Below, one piece after another: positions 10,272 to 21,641 of a stretch of 64,000 nt of DNA (its first letter is position 1; each line of letters begins with the position of its first letter). The notes below the pieces were generated by a model, which saw only the letters and a program-made list of their open reading frames with translations, was not told the origin of the DNA and searched no databases. The position numbers and the translations under genes are program-made. The DNA comes from an uncultured SAR86 cluster bacterium (GTDB lineage Bacteria > Pseudomonadota > Gammaproteobacteria > Magnimaribacterales > D2472): contig CAJIYI010000001.1 in the NCBI GenBank assembly GCA_905181595.1, forward strand, positions 3,551 to 67,550, written 5' to 3'.

Positions 10272-12447
10272 ATGGATGTTTCTCACATATTAGAAAATTT
10301 AAACGATCCTCAGCGTGAGGCCGTAACATCTGAAGATAAAAGTTTGCTTGTATTGGCAGGCGCTGGGTCTGGTAAAACTCGGGTATTGGTTCATCGCATT
10401 GCTTGGAATGTTGAAGCCATGGGCATTAATCCCTCGTCGATTATCGCAGTAACCTTTACAAATAAAGCAGCCAAAGAAATGCAATCACGCATTCAAGAAT
10501 TACTGCAGTCTCCTGGTGGAGACATGTGGTGCGGAACCTTTCATGGTTTGGCACACAGAACCTTAAAAAGATTTTACAAAGAAGCAGGATTAATTTCTGG
10601 CTTTACTATCTTAGACAGCGATGATCAATTGCGTATTGTTAAGCGCTTAACCAAAGAAGCCGGTCTTGATGATGCCGCATGGCCACCCAAACAGATTCAA
10701 TGGCAAATTAATGGCTGGAAAGACGAGGGCATCAGAGCCGACGATGTTTCTGATAAGGGTGATTTTTATGCTCAGACAGTCAAAGGCATTTACAAGCATT
10801 ACGAAGAAGCTTGCGCCAACGATAGTCTGGTAGATTTTGCAGAGCTGCTGCTTAGAGCCTATGAGTTGGTTAAATCTAACAAAACAGTGAAAGAGTTTTT
10901 TCACAATCGATTTAAGGCAGTGTTGGTGGATGAGTTTCAGGATACCAATACCATTCAGTACAACTGGCTCAAAGAGATTGCATCAGACGCTGCAACGATC
11001 ACAGCCGTTGGTGATGACGATCAGTCTATTTATGGGTGGAGGGGCGCCAAGGTAGAAAATATTTCATCTTTTGAATCAAGCTTTGAAGGCTCAAAAGTCA
11101 TTCGCCTTGAGCAGAACTATCGCTCCACCAGCGTGATCTTGGGTGCAGCCAATGCCTTGATAGACAACAATCAAACTCGCCTAGGCAAAAACTTGTGGAC
11201 TGATTCTTTAGAAGGCGAGCGCATCACTCTTTATCAAGCCTACAACGAACAAGACGAGGCAAGATTTATAGCGGGAGTTCTTAAAAGCTGGATGGAAGGC
11301 GGAGAGTTATTTAGTGATGCAGGAATTGTTTATCGATCCAATGCCCAATCAAGAGCTCTTGAGGAAGCGCTGCTTAGAGTGAATATTCCTTATCGAATCT
11401 ACGGCGGTCTGCGTTTCTACGAGCGCATGGAAATTAAAAATGCCATGAGCTACCTAAAAGTTATTTTTAACCCGCATGACAATCCTGCCTTTGAGCGCTC
11501 TATTGCAAATCCTACTCGAGGGATTGGTGTTAAGTCACAAGCAAAAATTCGTGATACTGCCAAGGCTTACAATCTTTCTTACATTAAAGCAGCAGCCAAA
11601 CTGCACGACGAAGGCAAGATGGGTGGCAAAGCCGGTCAAGGCCTCAATGCATATTTAGCTCTTATCAGTGAATGCATTGGGCTGCTAGACACCATGCCGC
11701 TGTCTGAGTTGATGGACATGATCATTCAAAAATCAGGGCTGTATCAATACCACAAAAAAGAAGCTGGCGAGAAGGGCAAGACTAGAATAGAAAATTTAGA
11801 AGAGCTGGTGACTTCGGCCAAAAACTTTGAGCAATCTTTTGAAAGTGAAAAATCTCACAAAGAAATTGCTGAAATTTTTCTCGATACTGTCTCTCTTGAT
11901 TCTGGAGATACTCAAGCCGATGAATTTCAAGATGCGGTGCAGCTCATGACTCTGCATTCTGCCAAAGGCTTAGAGTTTCCTTTGGTGTTTATTACAGGTC
12001 TGGAAGAAAGTTTGTTCCCGCACGGTCGATCCATTGAATCTCCCTCTCAATTAGAGGAAGAGAGAAGGCTTTGTTATGTTGGCATTACGCGGGCCATGAA
12101 AAAACTTTACCTGACTCACGCAGAATCCAGGCGACTCCATGGTTCAGATGTATTTAATCCGCCGTCACGATTTTTAAAAGAAATTCCTGCTGTCTTTATT
12201 GAAGAGGTCAGACCCAGGGCTTCGGTGAGCACGCCTTACGTTCGAACCGCTAAAAAATCTAAAATGGATTTTAAGGATGAAGTTGGAATAGGCCTTAGGA
12301 CAAAAAGTAGTACACCCTACCTTTGGGCTAGGAGTCGTTCTAAACTATGAGGGATCGGGTGAATCTGCAAGGGTTCAAATTAATTTTGAGAAAGCCGGCA
12401 GCAAGTGGCTGGTTCTGGCGTTTGCAAAACTGGAGACATTGGGATGA
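10272..12447 (+). CDS. uvrD: DNA helicase II UvrD (apparent C-terminal frameshift)
   Basis: The N-terminus is near-identical in pattern to E. coli UvrD (LNDPQREAV..LVLAGAGSGKTRVLVHRIAW). The conserved tail HPTFGLGVVLNYEGSGESARVQINFEKAGSKWLVLAFAKLE is in another frame and ends at TGA 12445-12447. The junction is at the A5 run 12302-12306. Confidence 0.9.
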
Positions 12448-13541
12448 AACATTTTTTAATTTCAGGGCTGGCACTTTGTTTTTTAAGCAGCTGCGGAGCT
12501 CCAGAAGAGACTGCCGCTGGAGTTGCTCCTGTCAAAAATTATTCTTGGTCCATGGTGACAACTTGGCCAAAAAATTATCCAGGCTTAGGCATGGCGCCCG
12601 AGCGATTCAGTCAATTAGTTGAAGAGATGTCACAAGGTCAATTAAAGGTAACGGTTTATGGAGCGGGTGAATTGGTTCCTGCCATGGGCGTATTTGATGC
12701 AGTGTCTGGCGGCTCAGTAGAGATGGGTCACGGCGGAGCTTATTACTGGAAGGGGAAGGTTCCAGCAGCACAATTTTTTGCAGGCGTGCCTTTTGGTTTT
12801 ACGGCCGATGAGATCAATGCCTGGGTAAACAGAGGAGGCGGACTAGAGCTTTGGGAAGATCTGTACCGTCCTTTTAATTTAAAGCCTTTGCCTGGCGGCA
12901 ACACCGGCACCCAAATGTTTGGTTGGTTTAACAAAGAAATTAATTCGCTAGAAGATATCAAAGGATTAAAAATGCGTTTTCCTGGTTTTGGTGGAGAGGT
13001 CTTCAAAAGAGCTGGCGGCATACCAGTCAATATTCCTGGCGGAGAGCTTTACACCGCAATGCAAACCGGGACCATTGATGCGGTTGAATGGGTAGGCCCA
13101 TACAACGATTTAGCTTTTGGTTTTCAGCAAGTAGCCAAATACTACTATTATCCTGGTTGGCATGAGCCCGGCTCCATGCTTGAATTTACGATTAACATTG
13201 ATGCTTGGGATACATTGCCTCCTCATTTGCAGGCAATAGTTACCACAGCTGCCAAGGCTGTGAACCAAGACTTATTAGATGAATACACTGCTTCTAACAA
13301 TCGAGCCTTACAAGATTTAATTGAGAATCACGATGTCCAGCTCAGAGAACTGCCCAAAGATGTCATCAATGAATTTAGAATTATTTCTGAGGAGATTTTA
13401 GAGACTTCCGCTGCAAACGATCCCGATGTTAAAAAAGTCTACGACTCATTTAAAACTTTCCTAGCAGAGGTCAAAGGCTTTCATGCCATTGCCGAGGATG
13501 CATTTGTAGAGGCCCGAACAAACAGTGACGGCGACTCCTAA
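12444..13541 (+). CDS. dctP: TRAP transporter substrate-binding protein (DctP family, COG4663-like), lipoprotein
   Basis: The internal Met at 12444 gives MKHFLISGLALCFLSSC, which carries a lipobox. This ATG overlaps the uvrD stop. The body is typical of TRAP periplasmic components. Confidence 0.8.
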   Translation: MKHFLISGLALCFLSSCGAPEETAAGVAPVKNYSWSMVTTWPKNYPGLGMAPERFSQLVEEMSQGQLKVTVYGAGELVPAMGVFDAVSGGSVEMGHGGAYYWKGKVPAAQFFAGVPFGFTADEINAWVNRGGGLELWEDLYRPFNLKPLPGGNTGTQMFGWFNKEINSLEDIKGLKMRFPGFGGEVFKRAGGIPVNIPGGELYTAMQTGTIDAVEWVGPYNDLAFGFQQVAKYYYYPGWHEPGSMLEFTINIDAWDTLPPHLQAIVTTAAKAVNQDLLDEYTASNNRALQDLIENHDVQLRELPKDVINEFRIISEEILETSAANDPDVKKVYDSFKTFLAEVKGFHAIAEDAFVEARTNSDGDS

Positions 13542-14130
13542 GTTCATTCAGTTAGGCAATCAAGCCTACGCAGACACCTATGAGAAAATGCGCTCACTGG
13601 TTCAAGCAGATTCCTTTGATGATGAGATCTGGTTGCTTGAGCACGACGCAGTTTTTACACTGGGCACTGCAGCCGATCCCTCGCATGTTTTAAATCCTGG
13701 AAATATTCCAATCGTTCAAACCGACAGGGGTGGCGAGGTTACTTTTCATGGTCCAGGGCAATTGGTTATTTATTTTCTTTTGGACATTAAGACAAAGAAG
13801 ATAGGTCCCAAGGCATTGGTCGCCAATTTACAAAACCTTATTCAAAATATTCTGCAACATTACTCCATAGAGAGTTCCTTTGTTGAAGGCGCACCTGGCG
13901 TTTATGTGGGGGAGAAAAAAATTGCTTCCATTGGCCTTAGAATCTCCAAAGGCCGAACTTACCACGGCATTAGTTTAAACGTGGACATGGATCTGGAGCC
14001 TTTTAGCCGGATTAACCCTTGCGGGTATGAAGGCTTAGAAGTCACGCAAATTAGTCATTTTGATTCAAATGTCACCATGGAAGGAGTAGAATCAGTCGCA
14101 ACAGAAGAGTTAAAAAAATTATTTAAGTAA
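13525..14130 (+). CDS. lipB: octanoyltransferase LipB
   Basis: [16 protein letters not shown] and the [12 protein letters not shown] motifs are present. It lies directly upstream of lipA. Confidence 0.9.
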   Translation: MTATPKFIQLGNQAYADTYEKMRSLVQADSFDDEIWLLEHDAVFTLGTAADPSHVLNPGNIPIVQTDRGGEVTFHGPGQLVIYFLLDIKTKKIGPKALVANLQNLIQNILQHYSIESSFVEGAPGVYVGEKKIASIGLRISKGRTYHGISLNVDMDLEPFSRINPCGYEGLEVTQISHFDSNVTMEGVESVATEELKKLFK

Positions 14131-15113
14131 TGGAAATTATCCCCACTCAAAAAATTGTTAATCGCGATGGCATCAAGGCTGTAAAAAATGGTCAGAAAGC
14201 CAATCAGTATTCTTCTATTCCCAATCAAAAAAAACCAGATTGGATCAGGGTCAAAGCTACCTTTGATGCAAACTTCAAGGCGGTCAAAAAACAAGTTCAA
14301 GACAAACGTCTCAACACAGTATGCGAAGAGGCCATGTGCCCAAACATCTCAGAATGTTGGTCAGCTGGAACAGCAACCTTTATGTTGATGGGATCGGTCT
14401 GCACCAGAGCTTGCAAGTTTTGTTCGGTCGATACAGGCAACCCAAAAGGCTGGTTAGATCTAGATGAGCCAATGCACACGGCCAAAGCTGTAAAGACCAT
14501 GGGCCTTAAGTACGTTGTTTTAACCTCGGTTAACAGAGACGATTTGGAAGATGGCGGAGCAGAGCACTATGCTCAAACTGTTAAGGCGATTAAAGAACTC
14601 AATCCAGACACTGCAGTTGAAGCTTTAACACCAGACTTTAAAGGCCTCTCTTCTTCTATTGATACTTTGGTCAATTGTGGACTAGAAGTTTTTGCTCAAA
14701 ACGTAGAAACAGTCAAACGACTCACTCACCCAGTCAGAGATATTAGAGCAGGATACGAGCAAACTCTTGAAGTCTTGGCAGAATCCAAAAGAATCAACCC
14801 AAAGGTTCTGACCAAAACAAGTTTAATTTTAGGTTTAGGCGAAACAGATGCAGAAATAGAAGAGACCATGGATGATCTAATTGCCAACAAAGTAGATATC
14901 TTAACGCTGGGTCAATACCTCAGACCCACCTTGAATCACTTACCTGTCGAGCGATGGGTGACCCCGAAAGAATTTGAGAGATATAGAGTGATTGGATTAG
15001 CTAAAGGTTTTCTAGAAGTTGTTTCTGGGCCAATGGTTCGCTCAAGCTATAGAGCCGAAAGAGCATTAGAGAAAAATAACGCAGGCCTTTCTGTGGTTAA
15101 TGCGCAAAGTTAA
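14130..15113 (+). CDS. lipA: lipoyl synthase LipA
   Basis: It has the radical-SAM cluster [10 protein letters not shown] and the auxiliary cluster [13 protein letters not shown]. The start overlaps the lipB stop as TAATG. Confidence 0.95.
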   Translation: MEIIPTQKIVNRDGIKAVKNGQKANQYSSIPNQKKPDWIRVKATFDANFKAVKKQVQDKRLNTVCEEAMCPNISECWSAGTATFMLMGSVCTRACKFCSVDTGNPKGWLDLDEPMHTAKAVKTMGLKYVVLTSVNRDDLEDGGAEHYAQTVKAIKELNPDTAVEALTPDFKGLSSSIDTLVNCGLEVFAQNVETVKRLTHPVRDIRAGYEQTLEVLAESKRINPKVLTKTSLILGLGETDAEIEETMDDLIANKVDILTLGQYLRPTLNHLPVERWVTPKEFERYRVIGLAKGFLEVVSGPMVRSSYRAERALEKNNAGLSVVNAQS

Positions 15114-15333
15114 AAATAACTACAAACAAGACGCCTGTTCCTAGAACACCAAGAACACATATCACCCAATCCACCAAAAAAACTTTAAACAGTTTCGACC
15201 AAACACCTTGGTCACTCTGATCTGATTGAAGTTCTTTTTTGAAGACTTCCATGGCTGCATATTTAAACCATGAAAAAGTTACTAAAAATGTAATGGCACC
15301 AAAAGCAAAAAGTAGAGAGTTAGAATTCAGCAT
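15097..15333 (-). CDS. hypothetical small membrane protein
   Basis: 78 aa with two hydrophobic helices. It lies immediately downstream of dctM on the same strand. No family recognised. Confidence 0.35.
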   Translation of the reverse strand: MLNSNSLLFAFGAITFLVTFSWFKYAAMEVFKKELQSDQSDQGVWSKLFKVFLVDWVICVLGVLGTGVLFVVIFNFAH

Positions 15334-15355
15334 TTAGTTATTTTAAAGCCTCTGA

Positions 15356-16684
15356 TTAAAGAACAAAAGCAGGAAAGACAATGACCGCTAAAAGTACTGC
15401 TAATTGAATAATAATAAAGGGCACGACACCTTTATAAATATCTGTAGTCTTAATGCTTTCATCTGCAACTCCTCTTAAATAGAAGAGAGAGAAACCAAAA
15501 GGTGGCGTTAGAAAGAAGTCTGAAGATTGATGGCCATGAGTATTCCCAGCCAAACAGGATCAAACCCCATCATCAAAAGTGGCGGAGCGACCAAAGGAAT
15601 AATCACATAGCAGATCTCTATGAAATCTAAGATAAATCCAAAAAGGAAAATTGCCAGCAAGACAAACAGAAGGGCAGTGTATTTCCCGCCAGGCATCATC
15701 TCAAAGATTTGATCTACCAATAGATCGCCACCCACTCCCCTAAAGATTAAAGAAAAAATAGATGCGCCAATCAAAATACAAAAGATCATGGTGGTAACTG
15801 TTGCAGCTTTGTAGCTAGTCTCTCTTAGCAGGTCTAAATTAAAGCTCCCGTTGAGACTGGTAATAATTAATGCACCAAAAGCACCCACACCAGCAGCCTC
15901 TGTTGGGGTTGCGATGCCAGCAATGATTGAGCCCAAGACAACAAATATTAAGAGTTGCTGGCGGCAGCAGGGTTTTAAGAATATTGGCTTCACCCTCGAT
16001 TCCCTCTAATGGCGCGAATTGTTTATTTCGATTAATAAAGATGGCATAAATTAAGTAACCAACAACAATTAAGATTCCTGGAACGATTGCACCTACAAAC
16101 AAATCACCCACTGAGACTGTCTCTTGAGAAAAGATGCCCATGTTATTTTGAGCTCTTTGATAGGCGTTCGACATAACATCGCCAAGAAGCACCAGTGCAA
16201 TAGAGGGAGGAATGATTTGACCCAAAGTTCCAGTCGCAGCCACTAATCCAGAAGAGAATTCTTTGCTGTAGCCTTGCTTGAGCATTGCCGGCAAGGACAT
16301 TAGGCCCATGGTGACAACCGTTGCACCAACGATCCCTGTGCTTGCAGCCAAAAGTGCTCCAACAATAATGATTGAGATGCTTAATCCAGAATTAGTGTTC
16401 TTAAAAACCAGCGCCATGTCTTTAAGCATTTTGGCTGCAATTCCCGATCTCTCAAGGACAACGCCCATAAAGACAAACAAGGGAACCGCTAACAAGGTTT
16501 GATTGTTCATGATCCCAAAAATTCTCATGGGAATCGTTTTAAATAAATTGGGGTCAAAGAAATCGAAGGATGCACCCAAGAGCGCAAATAAAATTGAGGT
16601 TCCTGCAAGGGTAAAAGCGACAGGGTAGCCAAGCAGCAAGGCCATGCAAACCATGACAATTAAAATAATAGGAATTATTTCCAT
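15356..16684 (-). CDS. dctM: TRAP transporter large permease DctM (two apparent frameshifts)
   Basis: Three consecutive ORFs (15839..16684, 15508..15993, 15356..15553) read through as one DctM. The joins are ...LKTLLPPA/LLIFVVLGSIIAGIATPTEAAG... and ...AINLQTSF/LTPPFGFSLFYLRGVA. Confidence 0.85.
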
Positions 16685-17127
16685 AGCTTATGCAGCTCCT
16701 TCAATCCGGCTATCCCAAGAACCATTGGAAATAAAAATATAAAAGACTTTTGAATGAATACGGTGCTTAGCCCACCTGGCTCAGTTGAAATTTCTTTGAC
16801 AGCCCAAGACGCTGAAATAAAATCGATGGAATAGTAACCAATGACTCCAAGCATAGGAGCGAGTAAAAATACTACTCCAAAACTGTTAACCATTTTCTGA
16901 TATTGGGGCGAAGCGTTGCGGTAAAAAATATCTACTCTGACATGTTCGTCTTGAGAGTATGCCCAGCCAGCACAACCCAAGAAAATTAATGCATGTACAT
17001 ATAAAGCCAGCTCTTGAATATCGGCTCGACCCATGCCAAAAAAATATCGACTAACCACAACTATCATGACCAATAAAAGCAGCACCGGAAGCAAGCGGGC
17101 AAAAAAACGGCCAAAGAAATCATTCAT
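16675..17127 (-). CDS. dctQ: TRAP transporter small permease DctQ
   Basis: 150 aa with four TM helices. Its end overlaps the start of dctM. Confidence 0.75.
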   Translation of the reverse strand: MNDFFGRFFARLLPVLLLLVMIVVVSRYFFGMGRADIQELALYVHALIFLGCAGWAYSQDEHVRVDIFYRNASPQYQKMVNSFGVVFLLAPMLGVIGYYSIDFISASWAVKEISTEPGGLSTVFIQKSFIFLFPMVLGIAGLKELHKLWK

Positions 17128-17166
17128 GCTATGTATATTAATAGAGAATTGTTTAAAATAAGAAAT

Positions 17167-17934
17167 ATGTTAATTTTATTATCGCCAGCAAAAACACTAG
17201 ATTACAGCAAAGACTTTGATGTAAAGCCTACTGCGCCTGCATTTTTGTCTGATTCTTCTAAGCTAATTAAAGAGCTCAAAACAAAAGAGCCTAAGGACAT
17301 AGCAACCCTAATGGGGCTAAGCGATAACCTTGCGACATTGAATTTTGATCGCTATCAATCTTGGAAAGCAGCCAAATCTATTAGCAGCGACAGCAAACCT
17401 GCGCTCTTTGTTTTTCAGGGAGATGTTTACCAGGGACTGAAAGCCGAAACATTTAACAAAAAAGACATAGCGTTTGCCCAAAAACATTTACGCATTCTCT
17501 CAGGTCTATACGGAGAACTCAGACCTCTTGACGTCATCAAACCCTATCGATTAGAAATGGGAACCAAGCTGCCTACCAGCAAAGGAAAAAATCTCTATGA
17601 GTTTTGGGGCAATAAGATTCAAGAAAATCTTTTAAAGGAACTGAAGGCGAATAAATCTGAGCTGATAGTCAACCTAGCTTCCAAAGAATACTTTAGTGTT
17701 GTTGGCTCTTTGCCTAAGAACATTGAGGTTGTTGCTCCGGTATTTAAAGACCTTAAAAATGGTGAATATAAGCTTATTAGTTTCTATGCAAAAAAAGCCA
17801 GAGGCTACATGAGCAACTGGATCATCAAGAACAAAGTCACTGCAGCAAAAGACCTAGTGAAATTTAAAGAAGAGGGCTACAAATACTCTAAAAAGCTTTC
17901 AACCCCTGAAGAGCCAGTATTTTTAAGGGACTAA
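17167..17934 (+). CDS. yaaA: peroxide stress protein YaaA (UPF0246/DUF328)
   Basis: The canonical N-terminus MLILLSPAKTLDY starts at the internal Met 17167. LRILSGLYGELRPLD is also present. Confidence 0.85.
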   Translation: MLILLSPAKTLDYSKDFDVKPTAPAFLSDSSKLIKELKTKEPKDIATLMGLSDNLATLNFDRYQSWKAAKSISSDSKPALFVFQGDVYQGLKAETFNKKDIAFAQKHLRILSGLYGELRPLDVIKPYRLEMGTKLPTSKGKNLYEFWGNKIQENLLKELKANKSELIVNLASKEYFSVVGSLPKNIEVVAPVFKDLKNGEYKLISFYAKKARGYMSNWIIKNKVTAAKDLVKFKEEGYKYSKKLSTPEEPVFLRD

Positions 17935-18787
17935 CCCGTCTTTTTCCCAGAACGAATGTAGTTGGCTCAAGGTCATCATAGTTAGCTTGTGATTTCTCCA
18001 TAAAAGCTTTCATTGCAGCTTCCATGTCTTGGCCGCTAATCAATGATGAATTCCATGCTGCATGATAATCCAGAGATTCTCTCACGCTGTGATCACGAGC
18101 ATAATTTATTTGTTTCTTAATCACCCTTGTTATTAGTGGTGACTTGGATGCAATTTCTTGTGCCAAAGCCAAAGAGCCTTGTTCAAGATCTTCAAGAGAA
18201 TCAAAGACTTTATTGATAAAGCCTAATTCGCGAGCCTCATCTGGAAGAAATTTTCTGCCGGTGTAGGCCAAGCTCTCTGACAACCCCAATAGGAATTAAT
18301 GTTGGCAATCTTTGCGAGCGTCCCCACATCTGCTGCCAGACCCAATGTCTACTTCTGCAATTTTAAAGAAAGCGTCGGATGAGCAATGTCTAATGTCGCA
18401 AGCTGCAACCATATCAATCCCACCACCAACACACGCACCTTGAATGGATGCAATGGTTGGCATTCTGCATTCTTCTAAGGCTGTAAATGTATCCTGCAGC
18501 TCTAACACTTCGTGATAAAAAGTTTCTCTCATACGGGCTGGATCTTTTTTAACGCCATCTTTTTTGGCTGGAGCAAAATTAGCTAAGTCCATTCCTGCAT
18601 TAAAATGCTTGCCTTCGCCCTTGAGCAAAATGACCCTTGCTGCTGCATTTTTATCTAGCTCTTTAATAATTTCGGGCAACTCTTTCCAGAACAGACGAGT
18701 CATTGAATTAAATTCATCGGGACGGTTCATGACCACATGGGCCACGTGATCTTTTACGGTCACATCAAAACATGTGTACTTACTCAT
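17888..18787 (-). pseudogene. enoyl-CoA hydratase/isomerase, dienoyl-CoA isomerase-like, disrupted by clustered indels
   Basis: The N- and C-terminal ORFs share one frame and are separated by a TAA. The conserved DIG-LAADVGTL-QRLPTLI segment can only be read by hopping through the other two frames within 18290-18345. Confidence 0.7.
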
Positions 18788-18944
18788 TTGAACTAGCTCC
18801 TTCTTTAAGATCTTTCACAATTTCTCTTAAGTTATCAACCAACTCAAAAGTTTTGTGATGCGGCAACACGACTTTTCTGTCGGTGCTTAACTTTTTAAGG
18901 CCGTTATCTAACTCATCCAATTTACTGATTATTTCTTTGCTCAT
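18780..18944 (-). CDS. hypothetical 54-aa protein
   Basis: An ORF below the track cut-off: MSKEIISKLDELDNGLKKLSTDRKVVLPHHKTFELVDNLREIVKDLKEGASSNE. Its stop overlaps the ATG of the downstream crotonase gene by a few bases. Coding status is uncertain. Confidence 0.3.
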   Translation of the reverse strand: MSKEIISKLDELDNGLKKLSTDRKVVLPHHKTFELVDNLREIVKDLKEGASSNE

Positions 18945-18990
18945 AGCTACAATAGGTTACGTTTACAAAAAATTATAATGGCTTGAATCT

Positions 18991-19844
18991 ATGAAAGCAC
19001 GTCTCTTACAAACTTTATTTTCTGCGCAGGTTATTTTTTGCAGTACATTTATTGTTGCAGCCGAATCAAACAAAGACATAAGGGCACTTCAAGAGCAAAA
19101 CATCATGTCGGTTTTATTTCAGCAAACCTCGGCAGAGAGGCTGGCTGCAAGCCTCCAAACATTCGAAACAGCAAAACATGCTTTAGACAAAGCGCTTAGC
19201 AGATCCAACTTGGAGTGCATTGCCAGGGCAAACAAAGTATCAAAATAAAAAGCCTGCCATCATTCTTGATGTCGATGAAACAGTCTTAGATAACTTGGCC
19301 TATCAGGCACGCGGAATTTTAGATGGAACAAGCTATCCAACAGGTTGGATTGCCTGGGGCAATGAAGTGGCTGCAACAGAGGTTCCTGGAGCAAAAGACT
19401 TTTCTAAACTATGCCCAATCTAAAGGCGTGACTATTTTTTATATTACCAACAGGGTTGCAGAACTCAAAAATGCCACTCAACAAAATCTTACAAAGCTTG
19501 GAATACCTTGGGATCAATCAAAGGACACTATTTTAATGCGCGGAGAAAACGACTGGGGAAGCGATAAAGGTTCTAGACGCAGTCTTGTTTCAGAAGAACA
19601 CAGAGTGCTGATGCTTATTGGAGATAACCTTGGCGATTTTGTGGATGCAAAAGATAACCTTGTGACTCCAGATCAAAGAAAGGATATGGTCCAGGCTTAC
19701 AAAGAATATTGGGGCACCAAATGGTTCATGCTTCAAAATACAACTTACGGCGACTGGGAAGGCGCTTTATACAACTTTGATTATTCCTTGTCTCCAGATG
19801 AGGTGCACGAGACTCGCATAAATTCTTTGCAACCCTCAAGATAA
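18991..19844 (+). pseudogene. class C acid phosphatase / 5'-nucleotidase lipoprotein e(P4) family (HAD), two apparent frameshifts
   Basis: Three ORFs join to give the motifs KPAIILDVDETVLDN, YITNR and GDNLGDF. The junctions are near 19198 and at the T4 run 19400-19403. Confidence 0.75.
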
Positions 19845-19848
19845 CCCC

Positions 19849-20986
19849 ATGAAAAAATACTTACTGCTGTTTAGGTGTTGTCATTCTTTCATCTTGCCAA
19901 GATGGAACTGTGGTTGAGGAGGCAGTTTTGATTGGCACAGAAACCAATGCAGCTGAAACCTTAGAGCAAAATCCAAACATCAAAGCTAAGAACATCATTT
20001 TATTTATTGGTGATGGCATGGGACCCAATCAAGTTGCTTTAGCAAGATTTGCTGTTGGCGGAGCAAACCATCGACTCTCGTTTGAAAATTTTCCTGTCAC
20101 CGGCATTGTTTTGAATCACTCGGCTGAGAATCTCTATACATGACTCAGCTGCAGCTGCGACCGCATGGGCCGCCGGAGTTAAGACAAAAAATGGCTATCT
20201 TGTCTGTTGATTCTGATAATAAATTCTTGCCAACCATCCCAGAGCTTTTAAGCACTAAGGGCTATTTAACCGGCTTGGTCGCAACTTCTTCGATCACGCA
20301 TGCGACCCCAGCAGCTTTTTATGCTCACATTAAAAGTCGCTCCAAGCACAAGCAAATTGCTCAAATGCTTGTTGAATCAGACATAGCTATCGCTTTAGGC
20401 GGAGGCTCCGAATTTTTTAAATTGCCGTTATCAGATCAAACAATACATCTAATCGAAAATGGGCAGTCCCTGGACCAAGACAAGCTGGCTCAGCATGCAA
20501 GGGTGCTTGGACTATTTGGCTGAAGATGGGTCTGGACAGAAGATTGTCTCCACCGACGCAACTTAAAATGACAGGGAACAGCATTAGATTTTCTTGATTC
20601 TAAAACATCGAATTGCTCAGGATTCTTTTCTCATGTCGGAGGGCAGCCAAATTGATTGGGCTGGCCATGACAATAACGTGAAGTACATGCTCGCTGAGTT
20701 TGCTGACTTTGATGATTCGGTTGCAGCCGCAATAGAATTCGCAAAGCAGGACAAAGAAACTTTGATTTTAGTTACTGCAGATCATGCGACTGGAGGCTTG
20801 GTTTTGCAAAAACCTAGAGGCTCTAGCGTTAGAGCTCAATGGACAACGACAAGTCATGATTTATCATCAATTAATATTTATGCCTATGGACCAGGAGCAG
20901 AAAAATTTTCTGGTGTCATGGACAACACTGAAATTTTTGATCGTATGTTAGCAAGTTCTGGACTACGAGAACCTAGATTCAAATAA
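19849..20986 (+). pseudogene. phoA: alkaline phosphatase (PhoA family) lipoprotein, heavily frameshifted
   Basis: Motifs FIGDGMG, DSAAAATAWAAGVKTKNG, ITHATPAAFYAH, GFF-LMSEGSQIDWAGHDNN and TADHATGG are recovered only by switching frame about 7 times. The switch points are near 19870, 20139, 20200, 20522, 20535, 20575 and 20630. The corrected N-terminus carries the lipobox ILSSC. Confidence 0.75.
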
Positions 20987-21629
20987 TTGCGTCAACTAGC
21001 TCTGCAAGGGTAGGGTAGGTGACCACCCCATTGGCTAAATTTTTCGTCCTACCAGGGTTAATCCAATAAACCTGCCCAACACCAGCATTAACTGCTGAGT
21101 TTACGACCTTAAAATTATCATCAATAAAAATCGAGTTTTTCAGATTTACTTTTAAATACTGGCCGGCAAGAGCCCAAAATTCTTTTTGCTCTTTTGCGTA
21201 GCCTAAATGCATGCTGCAAATGTGTGAGTCAAAGTAATCAAGAAAGTTTGCAGACTCAGACTTAAAATCAAATAACCTAGGATCGCCGTTAGTAAGAATA
21301 TATTTAGGATTGCTTAGAGAGGCAATTTTTTTTAAGGCATCTTCGGACCCTTTTAAAAATGAACATCTCTCTTCTTGGTTTTTAATGATCTCCAAAGAAT
21401 CAATGCCCAACAGTTCATCCCAATAATTCAGGTCATACCAGTTTAAACTGGCTTCCTGATCGCTCATCATGGACTTTATATCAGCTTTAACTTCAGTGCT
21501 TGATTTGCCTGTTTCAAGAGCCAATGTATTTGGTAGCCAATCTGTCCAAAACTTCATGTCGTAGTTCAGATCTAGAATAACCCCATCAAGATCTGAGAGA
21601 ATAGCAGTGGTAGAATTGAATTTTGTCAT
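20979..21629 (-). CDS. HAD-superfamily hydrolase (YrfG GMP/IMP nucleotidase-like)
   Basis: HAD motif I is AILSDLDGVILDLNYDMKFW, and motif IV is FIDDN. Confidence 0.6.
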   Translation of the reverse strand: MTKFNSTTAILSDLDGVILDLNYDMKFWTDWLPNTLALETGKSSTEVKADIKSMMSDQEASLNWYDLNYWDELLGIDSLEIIKNQEERCSFLKGSEDALKKIASLSNPKYILTNGDPRLFDFKSESANFLDYFDSHICSMHLGYAKEQKEFWALAGQYLKVNLKNSIFIDDNFKVVNSAVNAGVGQVYWINPGRTKNLANGVVTYPTLAELVDAII

Positions 21630-21641
21630 TAAAAGAACACT

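Noticed and set aside
12347-12622. 91-aa ORF between uvrD and the TRAP binding protein
   Set aside because: It is an artefact. Another frame of the same DNA encodes the conserved UvrD C-terminus (to 12447), and after that the signal peptide of the DctP-like protein begins.
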